59,862 nucleotides of DNA from Eledone cirrhosa (Eukaryota): positions 1-59,862 of the forward strand of contig CAXHJY010000777.1 of assembly GCA_964016885.1 (NCBI GenBank), read 5' to 3'. Each line of letters opens with the position of its first letter. The stretch's first letter is position 1. Shown here one piece after another: positions 26,105 through 40,290 of this stretch. A model generated the notes under the pieces. The model did no database searches. It saw only the letters and a list, made by a program, of their open reading frames with translations, and had not been told where the DNA came from. The translations under genes and the position numbers were made by a program.

Positions 26105-26179
26105 CTTCTATATTAAAACTTTTATACTCTGTTATATATATATATATTGGAAAATGTGTGAGATCCTTGGTACAGTTAG

Positions 26180-26838
26180 GTATATTTGAATAAAAGGAAA
26201 AGAATGACTTTACGAGTAGTTCTAAATAATTTTATTTAATTTTATAATATTATAATATTATGAGTTGGTAGATCTAGTAGGTTCTTTGTTAACTTCGGTG
26301 GGAAGAATTTTAAAGATTCCTGGTTAACTTTCTTGGAGAACTTTTGTTCAATAGATTTCAATCGATGACCTTTGCCATTATATTCATCAAAGGCCATCTA
26401 TTGAAATGGAACCAGCAGGAGGGGCCTTTTACAGCCCCTTTCTTAAACACTCTTATCTTGCTGTCAACCTTCACCATATTCTGTGCGTATATATGTATAT
26501 ATATGTGTGTGTGTGTGTGTATGATATAATTCCTTTAAATCTTCATCAACACTCCTTCACTCCCATACTCATTAACCCCCCCCCCCCCCCCCCCCAGACA
26601 CATCCAAATATCTCTTGTATATAGAGTCACACATCACAACACAACCTGATTTCAGTTTGGCAATCACCACCGATGAATGCTAGAAAGTTCTCCAAGAAAG
26701 TTAACCAGGAATCTTTAAAATTCTTCCCACCGAAGTTAACAAAGAACTTACTAGATCCTCCAACTCATAATATTATAATATTATAAAATTAAATCAAATT
26801 ATTTAGAACTACAAGTGAAGTCATTCTTTTCCCTTTTT

Positions 26839-26846
<8 letters not shown>
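26180..26846. repeat. Inverted repeat, ~165-bp arms
   Basis: 26180-26343 versus 26683-26846. Confidence 0.85.
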
Positions 26847-26876
<30 letters not shown>

Positions 26877-27041
26877 TATATATATATATATGTTTATATA
26901 TATATATGTTTAAATATATATATATATATATTCATTAGTTAAGTTATTATGGCTGACAGCTGATGAAACGAAGGCACCATAGTAAAAACTAATATATGGA
27001 ACATTATATTATGTAACATTATTTAATTTATATTCCTTTGA

Positions 27042-27162
27042 GTTCCGATGAGCCACTCTGTTTTTTTAAATATGTTAATTATTTTCAACTGAACCAGATC
27101 AATTATGATACATAGTCATCTGATCCAGAAATATTATATGGAGTAGCGAAACAATTGTAAAC
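27042..27162 (+). ncRNA. Type I hammerhead with long stem II (core CCGATGA)
   Basis: GTT-CCGATGA-GCcACTC...GAGTAGC-GAAA-CAATTG-TA-AAC. Confidence 0.65.
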
Positions 27163-27522
27163 GGGCATTATTATTATTAATATTATTATTATTATTATTC
27201 TCTACATTCCTTACATCAAACTAAATATGTTGACAATCTTTTAATAATGTCTTCCTTGTGAAATTTCTGGTCTTGTTTTGCTTAACTAATGAATATTTCC
27301 AGCTCTGCGCACCTAACTTCTGCATGAACCCAGCCACCTAGCTGCTTTCTACTGCATATTGCACATTGAGCACATGCTTTTACGCTTTGGCTTCTAACTA
27401 ACTCACCAATCTTTCCTCTCATATCTCCTCTACTATCTCAATCTCTCTCTTTAAGATTGGTTACTTTTGAACTGTGTATATATATATATATTTAAACATA
27501 TATATAAACATATATATATATA

Positions 27523-27558
<36 letters not shown>

Positions 27559-27593
27559 TATATATATATATGTTTATATATATATATGTTTAA

Positions 27594-27664
<71 letters not shown>

Positions 27665-27671
<7 letters not shown>

Positions 27672-27945
27672 GTCTTTTAAGACTATACAGAGCATTTGAT
27701 GTTATTCCAAATTGAAGGATAAGTGTTTTAAACTTTATTTTATCATGAGTTAAAGGTCTATTGATTTTCCCTGGATTTCACTAAATTCTGTGGATGAATT
27801 TATATCCTGATTCTCTTTTGAGATGAGTTTGAATTATTTTTCATAAATCTTACGTTAACTACTTTTCCCATCTTGACGTTATAGTCACATATATGTTATA
27901 GAATGCTGTTAGCTTCTCGCTAAAACAATCTCTATACCTCTCATT
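27665..27945 (+). mobile_element. Family F fragment beginning at the hammerhead 3' half
   Basis: GAAATAGTC...GACTA-TA-CAGAG; diverged reverse complement of 45041-45310. Confidence 0.75.
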
Positions 27946-27963
27946 TATATATATATATATACA

Positions 27964-28335
27964 CGAGGGTAATCCCAAAAGTAAGGTCTCCAAAGCGACG
28001 GGGACGCAGAGAAACTGTTCGTACGGCTGTTGGCAACACTGTTGTGATTGGTACTTCCTTCACTCCCAAACAAGCATGCGCGCGCTTTGCTGAGATGCTC
28101 AATCTTGGCTTGGCAGCCATTGAGAATGGAGCTCCCGCTGAACGCTACCCCCAAGTGCGAATTTCGCGCAGTTATTATTTAGAGGGCAATCCCAAAAGTA
28201 AAGTCTCCTTCAGAGGAAAACATGCGTAAAGATTGGCGGATCACTCTGGATGCTCTCTGCATTTTGGTTCCTGAGGTTTCCCGAAGAACCATCCACAGGA
28301 TTTTAACGGAAAAGTTACAATATCGGAAGTTGCAA
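27964..28335 (+). mobile_element. Mariner derivative, second copy lacking the right TIR
   Basis: Colinear with 15524-15876. Confidence 0.9.
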
Positions 28336-28365
28336 GTTACAATATCGGAAGTTGCAATATATACA

Positions 28366-28419
<54 letters not shown>

Positions 28420-28683
28420 AATTTCTCTCTCTCTCCAGATTTTATTTATATATGTGGACATACAGAAATTGAAGTGTAAATAATATATTTATCCTATGCC
28501 ATATATATATATATAGCTACATCATTGACTCTAGCAATAAATCATGGTTGTAACATCTGCAATGTTATTGTGATTTGAATGATATAAGATAGTAGAAAAA
28601 CCAGCTTGGCCTTTAGAACATAGAAGTAACAGATTAATAATGATGATGAATATGACAATGATGGAAATGTTGTCTGTTGCAGC

Positions 28684-28684
<1 letters not shown>

Positions 28685-28727
<43 letters not shown>

Positions 28728-28795
28728 CCATCATCATCATCCTCCTCCTCATCATCATTATCATTATCATCTTCATCATCACCACCACCATCTCC

Positions 28796-28839
<44 letters not shown>

Positions 28840-28840
28840 T
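28685..28840. repeat. (CAT/CAC)n microsatellite
   Basis: Direct reading. Confidence 0.95.
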
Positions 28841-29439
28841 ATGACTATTGGTCCCACCATCAGTATCAGTAATATATTAGTTTCTACTTTAGGCACAAGG
28901 CCAGCAATTTTGGGGGAAGGGAAAAATCGATTAAATTGACACTAGTGCATTACTGGTGCTTTTTTTTTTTTATCGACTCTGTAAGGATGAAAGGCAAAGA
29001 TAACCTTGGCGGGATTTGAACTCAGAATGGTATATATTGTTTACTAAACAGGTATCATTATCATCATCATCATCATCAGTATGCTTATTGGTACCACCAT
29101 CAGCACCAGTAAGACATTGTTTACTATACAGGTACCATCATCATCATCATCATCTTCATCAGTAATACTATTGGTACCACCATTAGTACCAGTAATATAT
29201 TGTTTACAAGACAGGCAAGCTGATAGTCTCACAAAAATGTAGGATGAACTACCTTGCAGCATTTGTTCGAGTTCTCTGTACTTTTCTGAGTTCAAATCCC
29301 ATATTCCACCAATATCAACTGTCCTTTTCATTGGTTCTAGGTTGATAAAATACAGTAGCAGTCCAGGGAATTGTACCTAATGATTTATCAGTACAATGCA
29401 CATTATTGTATTTAATACAACTGTCTTTATGGTGGTTAA

Positions 29440-29657
29440 CCCTTTAGCATTTAAACCAGCCATATCCGGCCAGTATTCTCTCACCTCTTTCTCTTCAAAC
29501 TGGCTGTAACTGGCTGCTATTCCAACATTAAGGTATTGTTTTCAAAATAAATGATATCAAAATCTTATAGATTCGATATTATGTGAGATAATTGTGAGAT
29601 AAAACCTTTACTCTGAATATACAATAGTAAATATAGAGTAATGTAAATGTTAAAGGG
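29440..29657. mobile_element. piggyBac-like MITE
   Basis: TTAA-CCCTTTAGCATTTA...TAAATGTTAAAGGG-TTAA; partial copy at 39044-39150. Confidence 0.85.
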
Positions 29658-29930
29658 TTAAAGAAATCTATATTTATTTTTCTGTGACCAGGAGTCTAAA
29701 TGCCCAACTTTTTCATATATTTCGTAGTTAAATCTGCATTGTAGCTGCTTACTCGAAGCTAACATACTTTAAAAATTCAAATTGGCTCAATTCTTTATAA
29801 AATTATTGCTCTGTTATAAATTTGTAATTAATTTCCTAGTTTTAGGCAGTTGGATTCAATTTCAGGCCTCAGTTCTCTCTCTCGTGTGTCTAATGAATGC
29901 ATGTGTGCATACATGAAAATATGTGCCAGG

Positions 29931-29964
<34 letters not shown>

Positions 29965-29975
29965 CCAGGCACATA

Positions 29976-30015
<40 letters not shown>

Positions 30016-30233
30016 TTTTCTCTATATATATATGGATGTATGTATATGCACATATGCACATTTATATCTGGATGTATGCATATATATACACAAACACACA
30101 CCCACTCTCACTCACATGCTCATAGTGTGAAATATGGGGCAACATTTGAGGAAATGGATGAGAATCTGAGACGGAAATTGTAAAGGAAGAAGGAAAGAAA
30201 TTACAGATGAAAAGTCTAATTAACTTTTTAAAG

Positions 30234-30268
<35 letters not shown>

Positions 30269-30934
30269 TTTATTATTATAACGATCATCATCAATATTAT
30301 TATTATTGTTAGTAGTAGTAGCGTTAGTAGTACTTTAGTAGAAGTAGTATGTAATTCTCTTTTCATATTTTTTATATATGCTAAATATAAAGCTTCGACA
30401 CAAATACCCATAAACACAGATTTGATGGAAACGCATATATACAACACATGTTGACACACACACACACACACACACATTCATGACCATAGTAATATATACA
30501 TAGAGAAACATCAAATATTAAATTAAAACACACATGCATATACACACAAACATACATACTTTCATATACACACAAACACACACATATTCATATACACACA
30601 AACGTACACACATTCATATACACACAAACACACACATATTCATATACATGCAAACATACACACTTTCATACACACACATTCATAAACATACACACATATA
30701 TATTATTGTAAACACACAACTATTTATTTCATCAACAGTACATTTTCCAAATACACATGTTTCACTGAATCTGTCAAACAGGCCCAGTCAGATCAACAGT
30801 TTGGCCATCTTAGAATGTTGTATTAAACCCATGCAAGCGTGGAAGATGGACGTTAAAGGATGATGATGATGATGATGATATGTCTCGAAAAATATATATA
30901 TATGTTTTGAACAGTTCTTTGATTCTTATAATTC

Positions 30935-30977
<43 letters not shown>

Positions 30978-30979
30978 TA

Positions 30980-31372
30980 TTAGGGTGGCCCTTACTTTTC
31001 AACTTTCTAAAAGTTTAGCTCTCACCCCCCTATCTTGTTTCCAATTAACAAAACACCAATCTATGCAAAACTTTAACTCAAGCAGACGACTGTAAGGCGA
31101 CCCTCATCGACCATGAAATTTTTAAGTTTTCACCCGGAAAGTCATTTTTTCAGCTAAAATCTTTTAAACTCTTCTATAATTTTCTCTTAAATTAAAAACT
31201 TGTTCAGACTTATTCTTGGTATTAGAAGGATAAGTGACAATAAATATAATGGAGAAGGCAACTTGCAAAGCTGTGGACAGAGCGCAGGTGTAGGGCAAAC
31301 ACCTATTTTTCGCTGTGGGAGCAGCAAAATTTGAACTTTCGGAAAATTACCTATTGCTAAGGGCCACCCTAA
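30980..31372. mobile_element. MITE with 15-bp perfect TIRs TTAGGGTGGCCCTTA (hATm-like termini)
   Basis: TIRs at 30980-30994 and 31358-31372; superfamily assigned from recalled TAGGGTG ends. Confidence 0.75.
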
Positions 31373-31430
31373 TATACATATATCCGTATGTGATTGACAG
31401 CTGAGAGAAATGAGTACTCGGTATTGAGTA

Positions 31431-31602
<172 letters not shown>

Positions 31603-31914
31603 TACATATATATACATATATACATAAATATATATATGATAGTAATAATAATAAATGTGAAGACTCTACTCGATAAGGATAAATATATATCAAATATATA
31701 AGAACCCTAGAGCAAATATTTATTAAAATAACAGATTAAAGTTTAAGCAAAGAATCGCTGCTTTCACCCTTAACGAGGAAGATCCCGTTAAGGGTGAAAG
31801 CAGCAATTATATATATGATATGTATATATATACTCTCCTTACCATCCTTGCTTTCATATTTCTCCTTGCTCTCTTTTTCTCATTGTATTTGTATACAAAC
31901 AAGTACATAGATAC

Positions 31915-32600
31915 ACGGAGAAAGGGAGAGTAAGGAGAAAAGGAGTCCAAGGAGAGAAATGAGAAAAGGAGAGAAATGAGAAAAGGAGAGCAAGGAGGGC
32001 AAGGATAAAAGGAGAGTAAATAGAGCAATGAGGAAAGGAGAGCAAATAGAGCAATGAGAATAGGAGAGAAATGAGAAAAGGAGAGCAAGGAGGGCAAGGA
32101 GAGCAAGGAGGGCAAGGAGAGCAAGGAGAAAAGGAGAGCAAGGAGAGCAAGGAGGGCAAGAAGAGCAATGAGAAAAAGTGAGCAATGAGAGCAATGAAAA
32201 AAGGAGAGCAAGGATAAAAGGAGAGCAAGGAGAGCAATGAGAAAAGGAGAGCAAGGAGAACAATGAGAAAGGGAGAGTAAGGAGAACAATGAGAAAGGGA
32301 GATCAAGGAGAGCAATGAAAAAGGAGAGCAAGGAGAGCAATGAGAGGAAGAATAAAAGGAGAGCAATGAGAAAAGAAGAGCAAGGAGAGCAATGAAAAAA
32401 TGAGAGCAAGGAGAGAAAGGAGAGGAAGAATAAACGGAGAGCAAGGAGAGCAAGGAGAGCAATGAGAAAAGGAGAGTAAGGAGAACAATGAGAAAGGGAG
32501 AGTAAGGAGAACAATGAGAAAGGGAGAGCAAGGAGAGCAATGAAAAAATGAGAGCAAGGAGAGCAATGAGAGGAAGAATAAAAGGAGAGCAAGGAGAGGT
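31915..32600. repeat. Purine-rich minisatellite (AAGGAGAGCAATGAG-type units)
   Basis: Direct reading. Confidence 0.95.
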
Positions 32601-32689
32601 TAAGGCAAATATTGCTCAAGTTATGCTACAAGCAGACAAAGGTGAAGAAATCAACCGAGGAGGTAGATTCTGCACCAATGTGACTTTTC

Positions 32690-32895
32690 TTCCTTTACAA
32701 ACATCGAGTCTTCGTCTTTTGTAACTCCTGGTACAAAACCTTTCTTAACGAGATTTTCTATCAGCACCGATTTCCTCGACAAAGACCCTTCAACATGGAA
32801 GGATGATCCTGCTTACAAAAGCGGACTTGAAAAACTTGAGAAGACAGTTGATGTTGCAGAAAACGGTGTCAAACTCATTCAAGATTACTATAACA
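32690..32895 (+). pseudogene. DNA transposase C-terminal fragment, hAT-like
   Basis: FLDKDPSTWKDDPAYKSGLEKL...DVAENGVKLIQDY, similar to the recalled ND.AERGVKLI motif. Confidence 0.6.
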
Positions 32896-33134
32896 AAGCT
32901 TGCCAAATAAAGGGTTGTCTGGATTTTCAGTTGTTTAGAAGGACATGACAACCCCACTTGTATTACACCCAGTACTCTCTGTCAAAATTGTGTCACAAAG
33001 GACATCTATTACTTTACCTATCAATGATGAATTATTGTGTTGAAGTGTTAAATAAATATATTTGTTTTCCTATCACTACAGAACTTCTGAGCACATAACA
33101 ACATGTCTGAGATAGGAAATACATTATCTGTCTG

Positions 33135-33177
<43 letters not shown>

Positions 33178-33649
33178 ATGTATGTGTGTATGTGCGTGTG
33201 TATGTGTGTATGTGTGTATGTGTGTATGTGTGTACGTATGTATGTATGTATGTACGTATGTATGTATGTATGTATGTATGTATGTATGTATGTACGTATG
33301 TATGTATGTATGTACGTATGTACATCAACAACTACAACCAACCATCATCACCATCAACAACTGCAGCCGGCCATCACCACCATCAACAACTGCAGCCAAC
33401 CATCACCACCACCAACACCACTAACTACTAGACACCAACTCCATCACCGCCATCAACCACCACCACTACTAATGACGAGACACCATGTATTGAGTCCGTA
33501 ATTGGAATATTATCATTTGAATGTATGTGTGTAGGCATCCATATGTATATGTATGTATATATATACATGTGTATGTATGTGTGTAGACAGGCATCTATGT
33601 CTGTGAGTATGTATGTATGTATGTATATAGATATATATATGTCTATGTT

Positions 33650-34244
33650 GGTGCTACTGGTAACATGTATCCCAGTACAACCTATCCCATGGTCGGGTCG
33701 TTGGCGACTAAACTGGCAACCCCACCAAGGTTTCTTGGTGAGGAGGGTGACTTTGGACATCCTGCAGGACTAAAAACAAAACCTGTCAAAGAGCAAAGGA
33801 GCTCTTAAGAGTCAATGGCCATCCAAAATCACCGGGAGAGATGACCCCTTAGCCTTTGTCAAGGCAGAATTCTAGGAGAAGGAAAACTCTGATATAACAG
33901 CTGCAACCCTGATGGTATCCAATGATGTTGACTTGTTCTTCTTTTTAGTAAATATCATATTGGTTAAGAGAGTGGGACTGGCTTTGTGCAGTGCCTTTTC
34001 TCACTATAAAAGCTTCACGGCACAGGCATTGCTTTATATATAGAGATCTCTCTGCACTTGTCGTCACATGGTACCATGGGCCCAGCACTATGTGTCAGTA
34101 ATTGTCACAAGTGTAGTGTTTGTACCAGAGTTTTCAAGTCGCTGGCTGGACTAAAAAGTCACACTCGTTCAGCGCATCGGTAGGGGTTCTCCTACATGGA
34201 TATAAAGTAGTGGCCGTACTCGAAAACGAGTTGGCAGCCACCAT
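33650..34244 (+). mobile_element. ~590-bp non-autonomous RTE-derived element
   Basis: CTAGGAGAAGGAAAACTCTG motif recalled from RTE 5' UTRs; fixed end GGCAGCCACCAT followed by (GTAT)n; three copies. Confidence 0.75.
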
Positions 34245-34509
34245 GTACGTATGTATGTATGAGTGTATGTATGTGTGTATGTGTGTGTGTATGTATGTAT
34301 TCTTCTGGTTTTATAATTTCACAAACTTTTACCAATAGAGAGAGAGTCGGTTTCTAACATAGACACAAGACTCTCTCATTGGAATTTACACAACATCAAC
34401 TAGGTAGATATGTATGTATGCATGCATGTGTAGATATGGATGTTATTGTATGTGTGGATGTGTATGTTTTGAATTGTATGTGTGCATGTGTATATGCTTT
34501 GTATCTGTA

Positions 34510-34645
34510 CATGTGTATATGCAGTTATTAGATGCAAAATTTTTGGAATGTTTTACATATTTTTACTGTTCCATTAATGGATTGTACTTGTAATTTCCTA
34601 ACTACTTGTGTTCTTTCTGTTCCTGTGAAGCCTAGTTTCTCAAGG
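34510..34645 (-). mobile_element. RLE LINE C-terminal fragment
   Basis: LEKLGF...RKLQVQSINGTVKICKTF followed by a stop; related to the end of 12015-12350. Confidence 0.7.
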
Positions 34646-35883
34646 TTTGTATGTATGTGTGTATGTATGTATGTGTGTATGTATGTATGTATGTGTGTAT
34701 GTATGTATGTATGTGTGTATGTATGTGTGTATGTATGTAGGTTTGTGGGAGTTCGTGTGTGTAAATTTTAAAGATTTTGGTTTAAAGATTATAGTTGTTG
34801 ATGAAATGTGTATGTGTGTGCGCAGACACTCACTCACATATCTTAGATGCTGTTTCCTTCCATTTTCTATGATCTTTCACCATCCCCTTCCTTATTCATT
34901 ATCATGTTATTTGCGTGTATATGTGTTTATGTCTAATAAGTATGTATATGTTTAGTCTGTCTCTTTATGTATATGTATCTGTTTGCGTTTTTTGTTGGTT
35001 TCTATCGTGACTTAGATAGGAAATGTATTGTCTGTATGTATGAATATGTGTGAGTATGTGTGTGTATGTGTGTGTATGTGTAAGTATATATATGTATGTG
35101 TGTCTGTATGTGTGTGTATATGAGAGTATGTGTGTATGTGTGTGTGTGAATGTGTGCGTAAATTTTAAAGCATTAAAGATTGAAATATGTGTAAATATAT
35201 AAACAGACATGATGTAATATTATAAATATGATATATTAAAAACACTACGGTGTCTAAGTTTGATTTCCATTGGGAAATTTGAAATTTGAAAATATAGTCA
35301 CCACACTGCAGATAACTATAAATAATAGTTGAGTAAATTGGGTTAAAGTAACCATGAAGATAGGAAAAAAGAAAGTGGATAGAGACATGTGGGGGTATTG
35401 GTATATTCTTTCATTCCTTACAGGTCCAAATTTTTCCCTCTCCAGGGGTACGTTACCTCATTTATTTAACTTTTATTATAGTTATCTGCACTTTGACGAC
35501 TATATATTCCGATTTCTTGTAGTAAATCTTTTTTTATAAATCCATTTCAAGAAAATCTGGTCTCACATGAACTGTTTATTCCGAATGTTCTGTGTATTCC
35601 ACTTATTGCTAACATTTGCTTTTGGTCATTCTTTTTGAAAGATTTTTAATATATTTAACACTATAGTGTGTGCATGCACATATCACACATACATATGCAC
35701 GTACGTGTACACACGCACATATATATAAAATCTGAAATTATGTATACAGGCTGCAATATTTCTTTTATCTATATATTACATATATATATACCAACATCAC
35801 ATATTTTATTTTATTTTATTTTATATATATTATATTATATTATATAATATAATATATATATATTATATCATATTATATTATAT

Positions 35884-35933
<50 letters not shown>

Positions 35934-38183
35934 CATTATATTATATGAAATATATGAAATATTGCAATCTGTATACTATAGAAAATATGTCTCATGTTTA
36001 AAAAATGTATGTTTAAATATATATATAAATGAATGAAATGTTTATATCATTCTAAATATCATCTAAATTTTCTTGCTGACTAAAGTATATTTTATTTTAT
36101 TAAAAAATCATTTCAATTGAGAAATATTAGGTAGCATTTTAATATACTTTGAACTTTAAATATATTTTTAGCAGGTCAGGGTGATATATAAAGTCTCTCA
36201 TGTGAATTGTATGCCTGTAGTGGGCGTTAAAAGGAGAGAAAAGAGATGGCATAAATAGCAAATAAGTGTAGTGATATATTTGTTCCAGGTCTTTACATCC
36301 TAAATTCAATGTAACCTTTGAATTGAATCTCCCTGGGTCAATTAAATAAATTGCCAGTATAGTTCTTGTTTATTGCCACCTCAAAAATTTGCTGATTTTG
36401 TACTTAAATGAGAAAGCCAGCAAGAAGAGAAGGCAATCATTAGATCGAACTAAGGAATCGATGTTTCCATTGGTATTTCCAATGGACATACCATTTATTT
36501 AAATGCAGGAGATTGACAGAGTTAAAGTATGGGGCAAAACAGTGCATTGCAGTACTTAGATACAACTCTTTACATTCTCCTCAGCTTGAATCTAACCAAC
36601 TTCAATGTTGTCATTGTCTGATATGATAAAGTGTTAGTCTAATATTTAAGTGACTTTGACCTACCCCAGCAAATTGCTGGTCTTGTGCCTACATAAGAAG
36701 CCATGATAAAACGCCCTCTGTAGAGTTGGTAAAGTGTAGGAATGTGTGATGTGGGCTCTGCATGAGTATTGTCTCAGTCTGTGACAACCCACTGAACTCT
36801 TGCTATATATAGTATATAAAACCCCAATATATTAACTGTTATTAATGGCAACTCTTTACTTCGAAGTTACTGTTTTCTTTCAAGATAAGCCACTAACTTT
36901 GACAAAACTCCAAAATAAGTAGTCACCATTAGAAACAGTATATGAATATAACTTTTTTTGTAAAATATTTTTTATAGATTTATTCAAATTTATGTTTGGT
37001 TTAATGGTCAATGTATAGTAAATTAAACACCCAGTAGTTTACCACTGATTGAATGGTAAATTTTGTGTTTGCGAAATGATATAATGGATGCCATTGATAA
37101 ACGCTTGGGAGAATGAAACAAATGAAAAACGTCTATATCTGAATTAGTATAAGAAAACCAGATAGGCTGTCGTTATTTCACTTGTCTAATGAACCGTTTA
37201 AATTTACCGAGACTTCTGGTCAATGTCAATAGATTGCAATATGGTTTGCTGCCAATTATGACCTATGCTTTGTTCGCTTAATAGCCACAAGGTGACGTAA
37301 CAAACCGTTAAAATTTTGCAGGATGTTCAATATCCTCAAAACCTGTCAGGTTTTCCAGACGCCATTTTGTATATCAACAAATGCAATCATCTGCTCTTTC
37401 AATTGAGTGAAGGAAATGTTTAATTTATCACTGATTGACCAGCTAGAAATATCGGCAAAATCTCACTGAAATCCAAACAGAATGGAAGGATACATTGGAT
37501 AAGGTATTCTTAAATATCTTTAAAATGACTATATGATCAAGTCTTAGATATTTTATATCAATGTTTGCCAATATAGATTCTCTACAAGATAATGGCTTCA
37601 TTGAATAAAATTTAATGAAAATGGATTATGTTTTATTATTTATATGGATAAATTTACTTAATGAAACAATTTTTGTTTATTTTCTAATGAAAGACATTGC
37701 ATATTATTTTCAATTAATTTTGAGAATAATCAAGAATTTGAAAAGACTTAGTGAAATAACTAACTTTCCTATTATCTACCTTGTCTCTGGAATATAATAA
37801 AGATTCTTACATATAATTATGATGGAATACTTTTAGATAGATGGATACACTTTAAAATAAACAGTTTTATTCCATAGAACCAGGGCAGTTTCAGGAAATT
37901 TGATATCGAATGAGGTAATGGCTTAGTAACATTTGAGTAGAGGGGATTGTCTGTAAAATATAGGTATAGCTGCTGTGACAAAATAGGATTGGGAACTATA
38001 GTTTTGGATCCTAGGTTTTCTCAAGCTTTCCATTGTTTCATGCCCTTCCTAACACCAACCATTTTACAGTGTATACTGGGTGCTTTTATAGTGTAGATGA
38101 TCAGCACTAAGGTGGTCGTCATGTCCTTGACACAACTGAAGGGTCCTCCCAACTATATATATCTATCTATCTATGTATATATA

Positions 38184-38349
38184 TCGTATTTCCTGGCACC
38201 AAAAACACTTCGTCCTCGAGGACGCACCCTAATTTTGACAACCAAAAAAAAAAAAAATAAATAAACAACCTTCGGCCCCCAGGACGCATGGTAAATTTTT
38301 GAGACTTATTTTAGGAAAAAAGTAGTGTCTTCAACGCCGGAAAATACGG
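38184..38349. mobile_element. Small Tc1/pogo-like MITE
   Basis: TA-tCGTATTTCCTGGC ... GCCGGAAAATACGG-TA. Confidence 0.7.
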
Positions 38350-38464
<115 letters not shown>

Positions 38465-38959
38465 TAATAAATTTATGAAATCACATTACCAATTTTTTGA
38501 TTCTTGATAATGGTAAAGTTTAATCATATAAAGAGAAAGATAGGGAGAGAGATCTATAGGCAAAGTGATAGAGAGATAGAAAGAGGGGCAAGTAAGATTC
38601 ACAGAAAAATATAGTTTAATTAAGTTATTTAGGTCCAAGTTAATACCACACACGGAGAGATCAATGTGAATATAAATAAAATGCATTATGTGATAAGACT
38701 CTCTTTATCACATTGAAATCTGAAATATTGCTATTGATAGGCTTCATTGATTCATAACCTGATCGATTCATTGATTAGCCAATGATTGATTGGTTAAGTT
38801 TAGAGAAGCTTTCTCACCCACATTATCTGCTACTCCCCATGTCTTCCTACTAACTTATGTACTTACTATCGCACCTCCCCTTTATAATTCTGCTCCACCT
38901 TCACTTTTCTACTATCCCCTTTTGTCTATCCTCCCCCATAAACCTATTTTTCTGTTATA

Positions 38960-39046
38960 AATATTGGGTCGTCAAGTATGAAATTTGCAGAAATTTGTAG
39001 AAAAAAAAACAAATTTCTACACATTTCATACTTGACCCAATATTTA
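38960..39046. repeat. Short imperfect palindrome
   Basis: AAATATTGGGTC..CAAGTATGAAAT / ATTTCATACTTG-ACCCAATATTT. Confidence 0.7.
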
Positions 39047-39251
39047 ACCCTTTAGTATTTAAACTGACCATATCCAGCCAGAATGTTCTCACCTCTTTCT
39101 GTTCAAACTGGTCGTAACTGGCTGCTCATACCTACATTAAGGTATTGTTTCTTTTTCCTGATTTTGAGTTCATTTTTGACTGGTCACGTTCTCGGTTGTA
39201 AAGAAAAGAAAATCTTAAAAATGTATTCGTGCGATTTATATCGAATAACAA

Positions 39252-39655
39252 TAATAATTGTTTCTACTTTTGGCACAAGGCCAGCAATTACCCAGTGCAT
39301 TATTGGTACTTTATTTTATCGACCCCGTAAGGATGAAAGACAAAGTTAACCTCGGCGGGAGTTGAACTCAGAATGGCAAGGGCCGTAACTCTATGCGTCA
39401 AAGCATGGCGTCCGACCCTCTACCGATACTGCATGCTATGTTTGCTTGCAAACGAATCAAATATTATTGGATGGTAGTATCGGTAGAGGGTCGGACGCCA
39501 TGCTTTGACACATAGAGTTATGGCCCTTGTCATTCTGAGTTCAAATCCAGCCGAGGTTAACTTTGCCTTTCATCCTTACGGGGTCGATAAAATAAAGTAC
39601 CAGTAATGCACTGGGTAATTGCTGGCCTTGTGCCAAAAGTAGAAACAATTATTAT
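39252..39655. mobile_element. Head-to-head pair of tRNA-derived SINEs with a Meta-like centre
   Basis: GAGTTCAAATCC B box and GCCTTTCATCCTTACGGGGTCGATAAAATAAAGTACCAG; other copies at 28880-29030, 48460-48645, 53610-53815, 55585-55775 and 58035-58225. Confidence 0.9.
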
Positions 39656-39999
39656 TTGATATTAAACTTACGAATAAATTTTACATATCCACTATGATAG
39701 AGCAAAAAATCAAATTCTAATCTTAAAAATATCTTACAGATTTTGAAGGTTCCATATGCTGTGACCATTTGTAGCTTATGAATGTATATGAGTGTTGTGT
39801 ATATATATTTATCTAAGATTATAACCTACACAAATATATGCATATATAAATATTTGTTTTATATTTGTATTGCAATCAATGAATATAAACACTCCAGTAT
39901 AGGATCTCAGGCTGTCTCCATTTGTATGTCAAATATTTTGTCATAAAATTGGATTTAGAGTTGGTTAAATTTTCTCTGTATGGTTTAGGGCTGGCTATG

Positions 40000-40290
40000 T
40001 TCATCATCATCATTATCATCATCATCATCGTGTTTACATCTGCTTTTCCATGCTTGCATGGGTTGGACGGGTCCACTTCTTGTGTTCCCTTGCCATCCCT
40101 TCTTCCAGTCTTAGCAATTTGAGGTCTGCTTTCACAACCAATACCCAGGTCTTTCTTGGTCATCCTCTGCTGCAGCTTCCTTCCGCTGGGATTTCCTGGC
40201 ATTTTTTCACCCATTGGTCATTGTATATGCGCATCACATGTCCATACTAACACCTTCTTCTCTTCTGCACACTATCTCAGATTCCCCTTA
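40000..40290 (-). mobile_element. RTE LINE 3' end
   Basis: YGHVMRI...WVKKCQEIP...RG.PRKTW on the minus strand, with (GAT)n tail. Confidence 0.8.

Noticed and set aside
26345-26700. HHR cores TTGATGA (minus) and CCGATGA (plus) in the 26180-26846 inverted repeat
   Set aside because: Helices I and III could not be formed
31807-32619. 270-aa hydrophobic ORF resembling a membrane protein
   Set aside because: Antisense reading of a purine-rich minisatellite
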